Made by a program: the position numbers and the translations under genes. A DNA stretch of 63,983 nucleotides, filler included, from Bigelowiella natans CCMP2755 (Eukaryota > Protista > Cercozoa), in the NCBI GenBank assembly GCA_000320545.1. It is 6 parts of 6 records of this genome, joined end to end, with 100 filler letters (N's around TTAATTAATTAA, not from the genome) between each part and the next. Parts side by side here need not be neighbours in the genome. Positions count along the whole stretch, not along the records: positions 36,139 to 41,082 come from ADNK01002514.1; positions 41,183 to 45,898 come from ADNK01001327.1; positions 45,999 to 62,435 come from ADNK01001200.1; 3 more parts are not named here. One strand, written 5' to 3'. Each line of letters opens with the position of its first letter. Position 1 is the stretch's first letter. Below, in pieces: positions 38,901-53,557 of this stretch. The notes under the pieces are model-generated. The model had not been told where the DNA came from. It searched no databases and saw only the letters and a program-made list of their open reading frames with translations.

Positions 38901-39991
38901 CTAATATCCTGGGGGCGGGGGACGGGGTCTCCCACCACTCCCTAGCGGCCGTCGAGGCGTAAATCGCGCCGCATGGCCGGCCGCCGGTGGGTGCATCCGT
39001 CTCCCTCCTTGCAGAGGCGGCTGCATACCCCCCCGATTGGCATTGGGGGGGGGAGCACCAGCAGTACCAGGAGGCGGTCTGATCGCCATCGAAGACCGAT
39101 TTTGCGCTATCGCCGGTGCGGCGGAGGAAGGAGGTGCTAGAGGCCGACGTTGAGTGCCGGAAGGTAGAGATGGCTGTTGGGGTTGTTGTGGTTGTGATTG
39201 TTGTTGTTGTTGTTGTTGTGGTGGTGGTGGTTGCTGTCGTGGCGCTGCAAGCCCCGGCCTGAAGATCCGAGCTTTCCCCGAGAAGCTGTTTTGCGTTGGG
39301 AGAGGCCTCATCGTCGGCATCACAGGTCGGCGAGCCCCTCCCCTAGCGCCACCACCCATTCCGCCTCCGCCGCCTCCCATCATCATACCCGGCGGCATAG
39401 ACGCGTATCGTCCTTGCACGCCGCCCCCTGGGCGTTTGAGGTTCATTGGGGGGGGGGCGCCCTTGCTCGCACTAGGAGGGTTGCGTTTGAATGAAGGAGG
39501 CTGCTGTTGCTGCTGGTGCTGGGTGGGGGGGAGGGCGGCCTTCTTGGGAAGCTCCTCGATCTTTCCCCCGATGACCCAGCGCTTCGCTACAGGATCCTGA
39601 GGAAAATTTTGTATTTTTAGGAAAAAGTGAAATGAAAGCAGATATCACCAAAAAGAAAAAAGAAAAAAGAAAAATAGATAGAGTACATCGATCAAGAAGT
39701 GCAAGAGAAGCGGCAACCCGCATCATCTTGCGCGCGGCGATGTCTATCTACGTCTTCCCCGTTTTTTTTTCCTTCTTTTCTCCCAGTGATCTGGGGAAGA
39801 ATAAATCTGTCGGGCCGAGATCCATTTCGTTTTCTCCCCTCCCCCCCCCCCCCCTCGTTTTTGATCATCACGTCACCCAGTGCTGCTTCTTCGGCGTTGG
39901 GAGCTGCACCTCCACGACCCTTTTTGTTTGGAACAATCCCCCAATCCCCGTGAGCATGCTCCCAAGAAGTCCGGGCTGCTGCTGCTGCTGC

Positions 39992-40026
<35 letters not shown>

Positions 40027-40631
40027 GTAGTGAGTCGGGGGTCTTTGCTGCATGTGATGGTGGGTCGGCACTGCGTTGTTCGGTTGGGGGGGGGGGGTGC
40101 GGAAACGGTGTGTTGTTGGAGAGCTGCTGATTAGGTGCTGCCGAGGAGGGAGGGGGGGGGGTAATGGCTGGATTGCGCTGGAAGGGGAGAAACTCCGGGT
40201 TGATGGTGATGCTGCTGCTGCTGCTGCTGCTGCTGCTTTTGGAAGTTGGTAGGAGCTCCTCCTCCTCCGCCGCCGCCCCCATTCCTCCTCCTCCTCCTCC
40301 CTGCTGCTGCTGCGGCTGATGGTGACCCAGGTGCTGCGATGGGGGAGGGGCGCGGCCGGCTTCACCGTTGATTCTATCCCCACTGCTGTTTCTCAGACCA
40401 GGCTGTTGTTGGTGCTGCTGCTGCTGATGATGAGATGGCGTCGGAAATCGCGCCGTCGCCATGGTAGCAGTGGTAGCAGAGACGCCGCCCTGCGTCAAGG
40501 CCGTTTGGCCAGCAGCAAACGCCGAGGTGCTAGCTGCTGCCTTTGTCGGGCTGCGAGGCTGCACGAGGCCTCGGGGGGAGCTGAAGTTCCGCGATGGTTT
40601 CAAGACCCCTGCGGGCACGGACGTCGTGACC
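38901..40631 (-). CDS. SEC16: Pro/Gln-rich C-terminus of a Sec16-like COPII scaffold (5' part lost in gap)
   Basis: GLLGSMLTGIGGLF..EVQLPTPKKQHW|DPVAKRWVIGG..LPP..GRYA resembles the Sec16 C-terminal motif (GWxxxxF..A/VxLP/G..W/YDxxxKRWV..PPPP..RY), embedded in disordered sequence. Confidence 0.6.
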
Positions 40632-40646
40632 TATGGCAAGATACGC

Positions 40647-40702
<56 letters not shown>

Positions 40703-41082
40703 ATATATATATATGTGTGTGTGTGTGCGCGCGCGCGTGTGCAAATCTAACGTATAGCTCTTGAAACAACAATTGATGCGAGTACGCAGCTCAGCTGACA
40801 ATCGGATTGACGAGAGTCCATGCTCTTATTTCCGCGAAAAGGGGTGTATGTTATAAAGTCTGCTGTTGGGAACGCGAGAGAGGGACGTGGGCGCGTGCGC
40901 GCAATCTATCTCTCTATGATTCGTGATCCCTAATCATCATCGCCGAGCAAGGGGGGATTAGCACGACTAGAATCTCCCACACCCCAGAAGGGGTGGGTGA
41001 GAGCGCCTTCGGCTCTGCGTGTGCTCCCTCTCGATGTGTGCCGTGTGAGCGTGGATATCTGGTGGGGTGGGTGCTATATGCT

Positions 41083-41182
41083 NNNNNNNNNNNNNNNNNN
41101 NNNNNNNNNNNNNNNNNNNNNNNNNNTTAATTAATTAANNNNNNNNNNNNNNNNNNNNNNNNNNNNNNNNNNNNNNNNNNNN
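41083..41182. other. assembly gap with TTAATTAATTAA spacer
   Basis: Same N44-spacer-N44 structure. Confidence 0.98.
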
Positions 41183-41344
41183 ATGATGATGATGAAGTTG
41201 GTGTAAGATACTGCCTAGTAGTGATTGATTGATTGATTGATTGATGATATGTGCTATTTTATAGTAGTCTGGAATGTTAGATGTGGAAGATGATGATGGT
41301 GTTAATAAATAATACTAATGATGGTGATGTTATTTTGTTTGTAG

Positions 41345-41410
41345 TACGTATTGAGTGGGATCATGCAGATCATCACACCCAAGCCAGACAGCATTGACAA
41401 CCCCCACCTG

Positions 41411-41444
<34 letters not shown>

Positions 41445-42033
41445 CATGATGAGGGTGATGGTAAAGATGACGATCATGATGACAACGAGGAAGGAAAATT
41501 ATTAAGGTGACAGAAAGGAGGAGCAAGCAATGCATATCTCTCTCTCCCTCTCTCTCTCCCTCTGTATGTGTGTGTGTGTGTGTGTGTTAAAAGCGGGCAC
41601 ATGCACATGCATATATGTAGTAGTATATCAGAGATAAAATCCCAACAACTACTGTCCTATGTTGCGGTGACAACCTGCTGGTAGAGAAAATAAAGACAAA
41701 GTGCTATCGTATAGGGCCCCGACCATATGACGTGAAAGTACGGCATAACATCCTGATTAGAAGGATTGTAGTAGGCACACCACCAACCCACCATCATCGA
41801 CCTTAGTAAGACAGACTACAGCAGCAAGAGTAGTAGTAGTAGTAGTAGCAATAGTAGGTGATTAATTATTACCTGAAGTCTCTGTGCATCTGTTGACATG
41901 AGGGTGACTATTTCCCCCATGCTGTACCGATCACGTCCAAATTGAGATAAACGCAGCGCCTTTTGATATACCTTGTAGTAGTGGTAGTAGTAGTAGTAGT
42001 GGGAATAATCTATATAAATACAGTATATAATAC

Positions 42034-42068
<35 letters not shown>

Positions 42069-42181
42069 GGGCATCGTCCGTGTTGTTATTACCGCGATCA
42101 CCATTGCCGCTCTGATCCTCATTCCAAAGCGAAACATCCGGTGGAAATACTGACAATTTAATCCGCCATGACGATCATAAC

Positions 42182-42213
<32 letters not shown>

Positions 42214-42605
42214 CGATGATGACGAGGAAGAGGAGGAAGAGGATCATTAGATGTGATTAATAAGCAACAAGGATAACACAACATCGTCATATTTCGAATG
42301 TATATGTTGAAGCACCACCCCCAATCACATCCAAGTAGTTATGATCGTCTGCATTTTGCAGTGTATGCTATGCATATGGCTGCTAATAGGCTGTAGAAGT
42401 AGTGCCATGTTATGCTGCTGGTGTCACTACTATAACTAGTACTCCTTGTTATTATCATTATTATTCAAAACAGCTGTTTGTTAGTACTAGTACCTGATGC
42501 AATACGAGGGTCTTTAATATTCCAATCCCAAACAACGCGGCGACGAAGAACCAGCCGTTGATTCTAGGTTGTGTACTGCCTTCCTGCAAATATCTGGTAG
42601 ATAAC

Positions 42606-42646
<41 letters not shown>

Positions 42647-42878
42647 ACGCAAAAAAGATAAAGAAGTGAGATACACACCACACCCTCCTAAAATGATGCT
42701 ATTGGCAGTAGTAGGAAAGGGTACTACGTTATTATTAAGAAGTAATACTTACAGAGTGATTTGCGAGAGGATGAGAGGGGAGATTATCTGTAAGGAGTCG
42801 TAGATCCACTTGAGAAATCCAGCCTATGGTGGTATGAGTGTCAAGTGTTGTGTGTGTGGTGTGTGGTGTGTGGTGTGT

Positions 42879-42910
<32 letters not shown>

Positions 42911-43139
42911 ACAAGCAATCAACCAACATCAACGGGAATTCGAACACGAAAGCGATGATGACGATGATAATGATGACGACGGGAGGAGGAGGTGGAGGAG
43001 GAGGAGGTTGTAAGTTTTAGTTTATTTATGCTGCAAGCAGCATTGCATTATACCTCGAAGAAAATACGCCCAAATGCACGTCGTAGAACACGGATCTATG
43101 GAAGAAAAGAAAAATTAGTCCACTTGATGAGGATGATTT

Positions 43140-43172
<33 letters not shown>

Positions 43173-43980
43173 CCCACCAACTATTTTCTTCCTCTTCATA
43201 ATGATGATCATCAACATCGTCGTCACCATCAATCAATCAACAACACATAGTACCAATGAAGGAGTCTCTGTGTCGTATTCCAGCTTCTGACTTTCCCATT
43301 CTCTGTGGGATGACCATCATCATCATGATCATTGTTTATTATCACCCAATGAAGTAGGATATAATGTGTGATTCAAAATGACTACAACAACAACAACTAC
43401 TACTACTACTACTACTACAGTGCTACTACTGCTGACTCTCCGTAGTACTTTTCAAACGAATTATACAGACGATGAGGCCTCTCCTTTTGAGAAGGTGGCA
43501 TCAATTCCGATTCTGCCAGAGGGTGATCAAATCCTAAGTAGTAGGAGTAGTAGTAGCAGTGGTAGAAGTAGCACAAGAAGGTAAAATTAGAAGCTGATGT
43601 TGCTATTGTTGTTGAGACTATAGGCTAGATATAATACAAACGTCCTCATTTGAAGACGTATGTGCGGTCATATCAACGATGTGATCATGTTGTTCTGCAT
43701 TGCTAGAATAAGAGAGCATGAGTAATTTCTTTTGTGTGAGAATTCAATCGATCTACTACTCTTCGTATTTGTATTAGAGTGTGTGTCTTGTTTCAAGAGG
43801 ACTATTATGGCAGCACCAGCTGCAGCGCAGGGGGGGGAGGAGGGGGAGGGGAGGGGAGTAGGAAGCCATACTGCTCGTGCACAAGCAAAAGCAGAAACAC
43901 ACTCACGGCGCACAATTGAGGTGCTAATGTTGAGAATGACCTTTCTGCATTATGCCATTCATCCACCAGAAAGTCAGGAT

Positions 43981-44020
<40 letters not shown>

Positions 44021-44265
44021 CTCTGTCTCTCTCCTCCTCCTCCTCTTCCTCCCTTTTCTGACATACTGAGCAGGCCAGCATCGTCTTCGGGACACCGATG
44101 TTCATATTCCAATTCGCTGATGTATTTAGAATATTAACACTTTATTAATAATGGGAGTGTTTGCATTGATTGTTGCCAAAAGATGGTCATGTTGATGATC
44201 ATACTGATTAGGGCGCACACTGAAGATCTATAGACAATTGCTACGCATGTACGAAATTCTCTCTT

Positions 44266-44313
<48 letters not shown>

Positions 44314-45424
44314 CCCCCCGATTCTCTTTCTACCATTTCTTTCTCATTTTTTTAATCATGGTCACATTGCATATATATATATGATAATTGTCCGAACAAA
44401 CCTTGCCTCGTTGTTGTTGATATCACCGGCTGCTTTGACATCATAATCGCCTAGACCGCCAAAGACCGCTGTCATCGATGTATCTACACGAGACTCCCAG
44501 TTGAAACATGTGCCCACGAAGGCCACAACCTACAGCAGCAGCATACACATCATCATTACCATGCATCAGCACTAACATTACCATCAAATACAATATAAAC
44601 ATCATCTGAATTGTAGTGAGTGAGAGAACCGTGCAGATGGAGACGTGTAAAATGGCAAAAGCGAAATCAAACTTCGTCGTTGCACAATTAGCAGCCATAA
44701 AGTGGCGTGCCATCACCCACATACGATATCTGTATATAAGCAGGAGGGGAGGAAGGGAAATGAGGGAAGAAAACGGTGTGAACGAATAATAGTAGCATTA
44801 GCAATAATAATAATAGTATTAGCAATATATGATGTCATCATAGTTTGTTCCATACAATTAAACGACGAAATATCATAGAATCATTTACGGGATTTGACGA
44901 CGAGGACACATAATCTAGCATGCTACATCAACCACCATCATCATCACCATCATCAACAAGAACTACACATACCCACTGCACAGTGTGATAAAGGTCCACC
45001 ACATCTTGATAATTAATCTGGTGAAAGGGGGGGGGGGAGGGGGGGATAGGTGAATGATATAAATGAAAGGGTCTCAGTCATTATTTATTATAACGACGAG
45101 GAGGATGATTAGTAATATGATTAATAACCAAATTCCAACGCAATTATTCTATAGTTTGGTAAGAGTCGTCGTAGGTACGGAATCAATAGTGTTCGTCAGT
45201 TTTAATGTTTCAAATGTATGTATATACTGTTATTTAATAATGTTGGTCTTTCTAATGATCTATCTTTACCCGATGCGTCTCGCCGAGGTCGTGGCAACAT
45301 ACAGGAGCGTAGTGATCAGAGTCCAGGCGAAAAGCATACCGACCGACTTCGGATGATAATGATGATGATGATGAGTATTAAAAGTTGTAGTAGTAGTAGT
45401 GAGTAGTAGTAGGAACATACACGA

Positions 45425-45462
<38 letters not shown>

Positions 45463-45761
45463 ATTTTTCATACGATATTTACGGGGGGGGATATGCAGAA
45501 GAAGATTATAAGTAAAGATGAGTGATTTTGAATCTTATCCACTATGTTGCCAATCATCTCAAGATTACCATCTGCTACTGCTACCACTACTACTTCTACT
45601 ATTAGTTAAACTAGTTACCTCTACGATTTGGTAGTTATGCGGCGACGACTTATCGGCTATGCTCAGAGCTGCATGTCGTGTGTAGAAAGAGCGAACATAC
45701 ACATGTTGTTATATTAGTGTACTTGTGTACATGATTGTGATATCATCATCATCGTAACTAG

Positions 45762-45794
<33 letters not shown>

Positions 45795-45855
45795 CCAAAA
45801 GCCCAAGAGCCCTGGAAATGCCGATAAACATGCCGACCCCCATAATTGCCCTTGA
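41345..45855 (-). CDS. ABC transporter C family (MRP-like), N-terminal fragment: TMD0-like helices, lasso, start of TMD1
   Basis: CPEDDAGLLS|ILTFWWMNGIMQKG, KTLVLHQ|YFHRMFRFGMRIRAA, VYQKALRLS..GEIVTLMSTDAQRLQ|DVMPYFHVIWSGP, GLGVMICMIPLN. Both ends run into gaps. Confidence 0.92.
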
Positions 45856-45898
45856 TAATAATGGTTATTATTATTAATATTTATAGTGGAGGTGTAAC

Positions 45899-45998
45899 NN
45901 NNNNNNNNNNNNNNNNNNNNNNNNNNNNNNNNNNNNNNNNNNTTAATTAATTAANNNNNNNNNNNNNNNNNNNNNNNNNNNNNNNNNNNNNNNNNNNN
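45899..45998. other. assembly gap with TTAATTAATTAA spacer
   Basis: Same N44-spacer-N44 structure. Confidence 0.98.
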
Positions 45999-46378
45999 TT
46001 TCGAGGCACCAGGCACAAGAAGGCAACGTCGCCGGGGTTACGGTGACCCACTGAATGATGACGAACAAGAACAACGACAACGATGATAATGATGATGATG
46101 ATAATGATGATGATGAGGAGGAGGTTTTCAGATCAGCTTATGATCATGACTTATGGAAGATATATCATTACGACGCGGTGCGTGGAAAAGCACTATTCTT
46201 AATTGTTTTAGTTTGTGGTGATGCGCATCGGTGGTGTTTTCCCCTTAGGTTTTGGTCTAGCATGAATGAATGAATGAATGCACGCATGCACGTATTCTTA
46301 CTACATACATCACCACCTTTTTGACAGCGACTTGAGTTCCTGGAACGGCAACAAAGTGGTACCTAGTAGATGTACAGA

Positions 46379-46415
<37 letters not shown>

Positions 46416-46518
46416 CTTGCTTAGTACTCGGCCATAGCTTTCCCCGTGTTCTTAACGACCAACCTGAAGATTGAACAACATCGCCATTAGTAACAGCCCA
46501 CACAACACACACAAACGT

Positions 46519-46551
<33 letters not shown>

Positions 46552-47569
46552 AAGAGAGCGAGAGAGAGAGGGAGAAGTAGGAAGCCCCTTTGCACACCAA
46601 CACCGCTTATCACCACTATCATCATCATCGTCATCATCATCATTATTAGTAGTAGTTGTACGTGTCAGTAGCTGGAGTATCGAAGAAGACGTCTCCTAAA
46701 TCAATCGTGTTCTTGGAAAGCGACACCTGTTTTCATATATGTATCCATGATTCCTCACAACATTGTACTGCTGCTGCTGCTGCTGCTGCTGCATCTACTA
46801 CTACTACGAGTTGATCGACTGGCTGGTGGCATGCTATTCGTATATATTCCGAGTAAAGATAATCTTCTCTTACTTGCGGTATGTGTTCATTCTCAAATTC
46901 ATCCAGTTTTCGGATTAAGTCCTGAGAAGGAGGAGGAGGAGGGGGGGGGGGAGGAGAGGGGCTAGCGGTTTAAGTGGGAACACACCAAAGATTGAATGCT
47001 GCGAAAGGGCCTTGCTTTCTCTCTTTCTCTCTCCCCCCCCCCCCGGCCTTTGGGCTCAAGGGAGTGTTCCGCCCACCTCACGATACGCGTCTCGCTCCTT
47101 CTTGGGCAGAGGCTCTAAAGCATTCGCCGTGAACAATGCCATCACCGGCTGAGGAGGAGGAGGAGGAGGAGGAGGAGGAGGAGGAGGAGAATCAACCACA
47201 CGCAACAAACGTGGTAAATACAGTAATCAGTCGGTGTTGTCATTGTTGTCACTTGTGTTTCGAATTTTCATTTGCACTCCGGTGTCAATAATCGCCTCAC
47301 TCACTCACTCACCTTATGGTCGGAGCATATTAGCTCCGCACGTTTGTAGAAATGAGGTTTCACCGCCAAGCCCACCTCCTTAGGCTTGACCAGCCATTGA
47401 ATGCGGTCACACCAGGCTGGCATCCTTCGCTTTCCTGATGATGGTGAGGATGGTGATGATGACCGTGATGAGAATAGATCGATTAGATCAGCTCACGACG
47501 ACCAGAAACTTATCAGAGCGATTGCTCTTTCTAAGTACCAACACGGATTTGGTATGAATTGCTAGTTTT

Positions 47570-47614
<45 letters not shown>

Positions 47615-48134
47615 AATTACCGTCTTCTCTGTCATCGTATCTAGGTGTATTGGGAATGTATCTGATGATCCGCAATGAAAAGCAACGACAAGAAGAAAAA
47701 GAAGAAGAAAGATCAGAGAGATAATATATCGACATAGGAACGCCTCTGTTTCCTTCGTGCCATGCATCGCATTATTACTACATTAAACAGGCCACAATAT
47801 TAGAATACTGTTTTGAAAGGACAAACAGAATATACACTATCTACTACTACTACTACTACTACTACTGCTACTGGTACTGCTAGTACTTGTAAGTTGGAAG
47901 AAACTTAATTTCTTGCTCTTGGAATCCCTGGAAAGTCCTTCCTGCCGACCTGAAACACCCCACCATCGAAGCAACAATCAAAACAACTCACTTGTGTGTA
48001 AATTGACCACCACCACCAGCAGCAGCAGCAGCAGTAGGCATGCATGGCCTATGTGATTGAATGCAATACCTCTCTGTTATCAGCTGATCGGCATTTAGGA
48101 GGTACGACATGTCTGGAGGACTCGCTTTGATTCT

Positions 48135-48172
<38 letters not shown>

Positions 48173-50486
48173 TACATAAATGATATCACTTCCAGAAATG
48201 TTTTCCCATTGTTTTAAAATCTGAACATGGGAGAAGCGCAACCCTCCTCCTCTCACTCTCTCACCCTATTCTGTCGCCCATCTATAAGCGCACACGCGCA
48301 TGTGCATATTTTCACTTGCGCACTCACCGTTTGTAGACATCATTCAAATCCGTAGCGTTCAAGCGATAGTTTAAGTCACCCACCCTGGTATAGATTTAGA
48401 AGCAATAGAGATGGGAGGGGGGGGAGGAGGGGGGCAGCATCAACGATACAACTTCCAAATCCTGTCTTCCTCCTACTGGCGAACGTACCAGAAACAATAA
48501 TCGTGGTCCTTGATTGTATACGTTCTATGCCCGTGCTTGATCTCCATCTGATGGGTTGAGAAGATGTGAGGAGAAGAGAGTACACCAAACATGAGCCACC
48601 GCATGATGGAACTGCATCATCTCTCCATGTTAAGGCAAAAGTACTATAGAAACGGCATGATTTGCCCTTCTTAACTCGAGCTTCCACTGAAGGATACTGT
48701 TACCTTATTGAATATGGTTTCAAAGTCCTGGTTTCTGTTGTTGCACTTACTCTGAAAAAACAAAACAATCATAGTCATGATCATTGCCATGATAAGGCGA
48801 TGACGACGATGATAGTGATGATGGGGATGTAGTAACACGGACAAACAATTCTCTCTCAAGCACTGAAGCACGTACATCTCGTCTACTCAAATGGGGGTTG
48901 GAATGACAAATTCGCAGGCACGTGCTCACTCACTTTTCCAGCTGTTAGATGCGTATTGACAAAGCAAATTGATACTTCCCAGATATTCATTCTGTGGGCC
49001 ACCATCAACAAAATCACCAAATCGGTAATGCAAACAGCATGAAGACCGGCAAACCGTAGTTTATTGTTGCTGTGAATTCGCATTGTTGCACCTGATAACG
49101 ATGGCGCCCTTGTTCCCGAGACCCATCTTTCCGACCCCAAGTTTTTCCGCCGCCCAATCACGAATCGCACTATTTTGAAAGGAAGAATCGTAAGCAAACG
49201 TATCTAAGCTAACGACGATATATGAATATATGAATGCGAGAGTTAAGTCTTGCGAGTCTTTTCGTCCTCACTTTAATCTGACGAGATGGGTTTTCACGTA
49301 CACCGCCTGGAGGTTCAAATTCAAGGGGATAGGAAAGAGCCGTGGTGAGAACACTGGAAGGAGGATGAGCTTGGAAGTTGACTCAATCGGGAAAAACTGT
49401 AGTGGTGGAATACGTTATTACCATCATTAGCCCAACAAAGTGTCGACCCATGATTCTCGTATATTTTCCTTTCAAAGCCTGAATGATCAGAAATATGGTG
49501 ACAATCAGCAAATCTCGGTGTGGCATTTCTACTCATGCATGGAGAGTAGGCAAGACTATTTGCGATGGACAATTGGTGGAAAATGTCACGTTCTGGGGAT
49601 CGATCATCCTCTTCAAGTTCGGATATTAAATACAACTAATAGGATCATCTAGTGTTGTGCTCTCTCCTCCTCAATTTGCGTTGACGCAATCTACGAATCT
49701 AGGAACATCCTCATCCTATTATTCATTATGCGTAAGTAAAGCACCTCTTTCTCAACTTTGTCCTCCCACATCAAAGACTGTTTGGCACTGAAAAGGTTTG
49801 AGAGTTAACGTTTCTTCTCATACGCTCGAGAGAGTGAGTTTAAAGCTGTACGTAATACCTATTCGCGTCGCTCATCCCGATATTCATGGCATTTAGCTCC
49901 ACAACCTCTTGAATACCAATACAGTACACGTCTGGCGCCCTAAATACATAATTCAACGCGTGAGACACTACTTCATTATGCCGCACGAGCTTTCCTGTCC
50001 TCCCCCCTTCTCCACCCCCCTCACTTACTTTTCTTCGGAACCCCATGGACAAAGCCATGCCGCAAGATTCTCATTGGGGACTTTAGCGTTTACATTCCAG
50101 GTGCCGCAGAAGATAGTGAGTTCGCGTGGCTTTGTCCATTCATGCCTCTGCTCCAGCATCATCTGGTCGACTAACTCATTCTTATTCTCCACCATATCCC
50201 AGTCCTCATCCCTAACAATACAGCACAAAGGTGAGTTGAACTGAATGAAACCCATCCGGAGAGGGCAGGATCAAGAGGACTGAGTACCGTGGGGAGTCAG
50301 ATGCTTCCACCGCATCCAAATTCCTGAAAAGAAATTGACAATGAGTGTTTCATTGCATTCCTCGCCCAACGAAGAATGAGACCCAAAGCCACTGGAGTGG
50401 TTAACCGTGGAAAAATATTTGACTACTGATTATCTTTTCTATTTTGCTTACATCGAGCCATTCTGCCGACTGAGGGTGGTAGCCAT
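45999..50486 (-). CDS. inositol polyphosphate 5-phosphatase, OCRL/INPP5B-like, with start of an ASH-like domain (3' part lost in gap)
   Basis: IFCGTWNVN, PDVYCIGIQE, GLGNKGAIVIR, ICFVNTHLTAG, GDLNYRL, FLPTYK, PAWCDRIQW, SDHK-PV, then IDLGDVFF..VKNTG. Confidence 0.92.
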
Positions 50487-50714
50487 TTCGAGGCCTCGAA
50501 GAATCTACCCTTGCTAGCTTGGATGAATCTCTTTCGGAGGATGAAAAAGGTGGCTAAATTATCAAATTCAGGCTATTTTTATACGATAATATATCTTAAA
50601 CAAAATTTGATATTTTTCAACACTTTGAGAGAATCTCCGCTATCCGGGACAACTAAAATCTAAAATCAAGTCAGTTAACCTATGAGATGATATCGTATTT
50701 TTTTTAATTCGCGT

Positions 50715-51730
50715 ATTTGCAGCACGATCAGCTCATTGCACACCATCGTCGTTGCCCTTGCGATGGCTTGCACGTTTAGATGCGCACTGAGGTACTGGTT
50801 GTGCACTGGAGTTGCAAACAAGCGTGAAGCATCGCACGATCAACGGACCTCACATGCAGCAGCACTGCTCAGCAAATTGTTGGAAACATTGCATCCGTGA
50901 GCAGCAGAACACCCACCCAATTGCACCCACCCTGACCCCGCTAGCCCGTTTTTTTTTGGCGGCATGGTTAGCTAGCTAGCTAGCTCGCAAAATGGCCACA
51001 TTCCAGCATTGCTAGCATTGGAGTGACCATTGAAAACGTTCAATCACTTCATTGCATCCGTTTCACGTGTCTTTCATCAAAACGATCTTTCTGGCTTTGT
51101 CAAAATGACACAGCTGGACAGCAAAAAAGCTCATCGCCAGAGCATGCGCCATCATTGCCCACACCTAGACGCATTGCACAAAAATTCGCCGCAATTGACT
51201 AGCCGTCCTGCGTCGCAGCATCCGGCCCATGCTAGCATGCCAGCATGCGTCATGCACGATCGAGGTTCAATCAGCAGAGCGCACGCACGTCTAAACGTGC
51301 GTCGTTTGGAATGTTGATTTTTTGTCATTCCGCACCTAGCTAGCTAGGCATGCATGATGCACAACAGGTTTTGATCACAGAGCGAACACTGACATGCTAT
51401 GCTGTGCAATCATGTGCACACGCGAGAACGCTGTGACATTCGATCAGCAGTGGTTGCATGGAAGTGACCGTGCGAATGTCATGCATGTCATCTAGACATT
51501 GCTAGATTGCTGTCAGCACATGTCACATGTCCATCATGAAATGTGCAATCAAGAATGAAATCAACAGACACCGAGCACGTGCTTGCTAGCTTGGCTGCAT
51601 GCATGCTAGCATGCAGTTCAAGAGTTGTGTGCGCAGTGCACGCACATTGCTAGATTGTCATGTTTTGCGCTGTGTCAACAGGCCGTGTGCGTCGTGCACC
51701 ATGCTAGCATGGTGTGCACAGCCACGCGTT
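50715..51730. other. palindromic-word-rich block downstream of a gene 3' end
   Basis: TAGCTAGCTAGCTAGC, TGCATGCATGCTAGCATGCA and CCTAGCTAGCTAGG after the ATG14-like stop; it fades before the OCRL-like promoter. Confidence 0.75.
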
Positions 51731-51881
51731 CTCTGGATAGTTCCAGACCTTGTCTACGCAAATACTGCACAATTAAGACACCGATCTAATAGCAAGACAT
51801 TTCTCCTGGATATCTGAGGCTACATGAAATCTAACACAAACTAAATACAAGAACAAGAAAAGTAGCCACAATCAAAATTTA

Positions 51882-52825
51882 CTAGGTGATATCGACAAGA
51901 TTCCACTCTCCAGAATCTTCTGTTTCAATGACTGTTGGAAATCCAGATTCGTTTGGGTGACACATGTTGTGCTTTGAGTCCATAGACGGTGTATGACTGC
52001 TTCCAGTTCTTTCATGAGGATTGTGTTTTGAGTCTCTTGCAGTCCTCCTATTATTTGTACTTGGGTCGACCTTTGTAGCTGCAGTGCGATGCTGTTGTCT
52101 CTTTTGTGAATGATCCTCTACATCCTGATCCATGACTTTGTCAGCGAAGTTTGTCGGAGGCTGGGGCTGAAACACTCTCCGCAGAGACACAAGCTCAATT
52201 AGCTTCAGAATATTTGGAAGGAATCTATATCGTGAGATTTGATCCTCTGCTACGCAAGCTTTTCGACATAAGTCTGTAATACTGATGTCGAGCAAACCAA
52301 GAGCTGTTCGAAACTCTTCTTTTTTCGAAAAGTAAAACCTAATAATGAAGACAAATCATTACTTGAAAGGAACGTGACAGGTAGCTTTCTGATAACCTCC
52401 TCTTCAGTCGGCCTTTATCAATGATATATGACGAAGAACCATGGAAAACCATCTCGTATGGAAGCGGGATGCATAGATACTCTGAAAACATTCAAATTGT
52501 CATTTCAAATCGCAAAATTAAATTTGATTAATTTGCATTTGGCGATTACTTGCTATCATCTTCGTGATGTGTACGGTGTAGCCCAGGGCTGTCGACACTC
52601 TCTTCTCGTTTGACGTGGTTAACTCTGTAATTAGGCTGTTTAGTGCACCAAAATTTGCCAAAAAAAATGTTCTATTCCACTACCAAGGAGGTGTGCTTTG
52701 TCCACGAGAGGAATACCAATAATGGAGCAAGAATCCTGGTCTTTCGTGCGGATTGGATAAAATTGAAGGAGCTGCTCGATCTTGGTGTTCCAATTCTCCG
52801 CGAGTTTCTCTACACAAGAGACGAG

Positions 52826-52878
<53 letters not shown>

Positions 52879-53557
52879 AACACAGACCAAATAATACCTC
52901 TTTCTATTAAAATTTTAGCATCAATATTCTTTTTCATTTTGCGAAGCTTCTCTTTTTTCAAACGTAGGGACTCCCGAGCCTTATTGTAGCAAGCTTTACG
53001 GAATCTGAATTCTTCTTTTTCCTCCTCCATTTGTTGCAATTCTAGAAGGGAAATATTCATTTTCGAAAGTATAAGAAATTTATCCCTCTAGATTTTGTAT
53101 TGAACTTATGTGAATAACCATGTGCAATTGAGCTGTCCAACGTAGCCCGTAGTCTATTTTGTAAGGTTGGATAATCTATATTAGAGCCCTTAAGCTTCGC
53201 CAGGAGGTCCACCAATTGCGATCGAAGGCGATCGTGTTTCTTTGTCGAACTAGATAGCTTCTGCTTGAAAGGTCGCATGCGTGATCGAATGCATTCTTGG
53301 CATGTGAAGACCCTGGAATGGTGATGCGAGCAGAAAGGACATGAGGCGGTGGAGGACGGAAGACTGCGCTTATTTTTGAATCGTGGTCCATCAATATTTG
53401 CGCGCACTATCCTTTTGGGTGGAATAGCTCTTTCTTGTTCCTCCCGGGAGGCTGGGTACCCAGGCTTTGAAGCCATGGATAGTTTCTTTTCTGCTCCTCG
53501 CTCCTTCCGAGTGAGTGAAGCGTCAACTTGGATTTCCATGATTTCCTGGATTTCCAT
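51882..53557 (-). CDS. ATG14/UVRAG(VPS38)-like PI3K class III complex subunit
   Basis: CPFC-x8-TCQEC cysteine cluster, coiled-coil exons, then VSTALGYTVHITKMIA, YLCIPLPYEMVFHGSSSYI, FRTALGLLDISI and FLPNI. The Cys cluster favours ATG14. Confidence 0.8.

Noticed and set aside
50715-51730. ORFs 51030-51317 and 51599-51817, or a transposon, within the palindrome-rich block
   Set aside because: Translations reflect the biased words (H/A/C/M-rich). No transposase or RT motifs, terminal inverted repeats or target-site duplications were seen.
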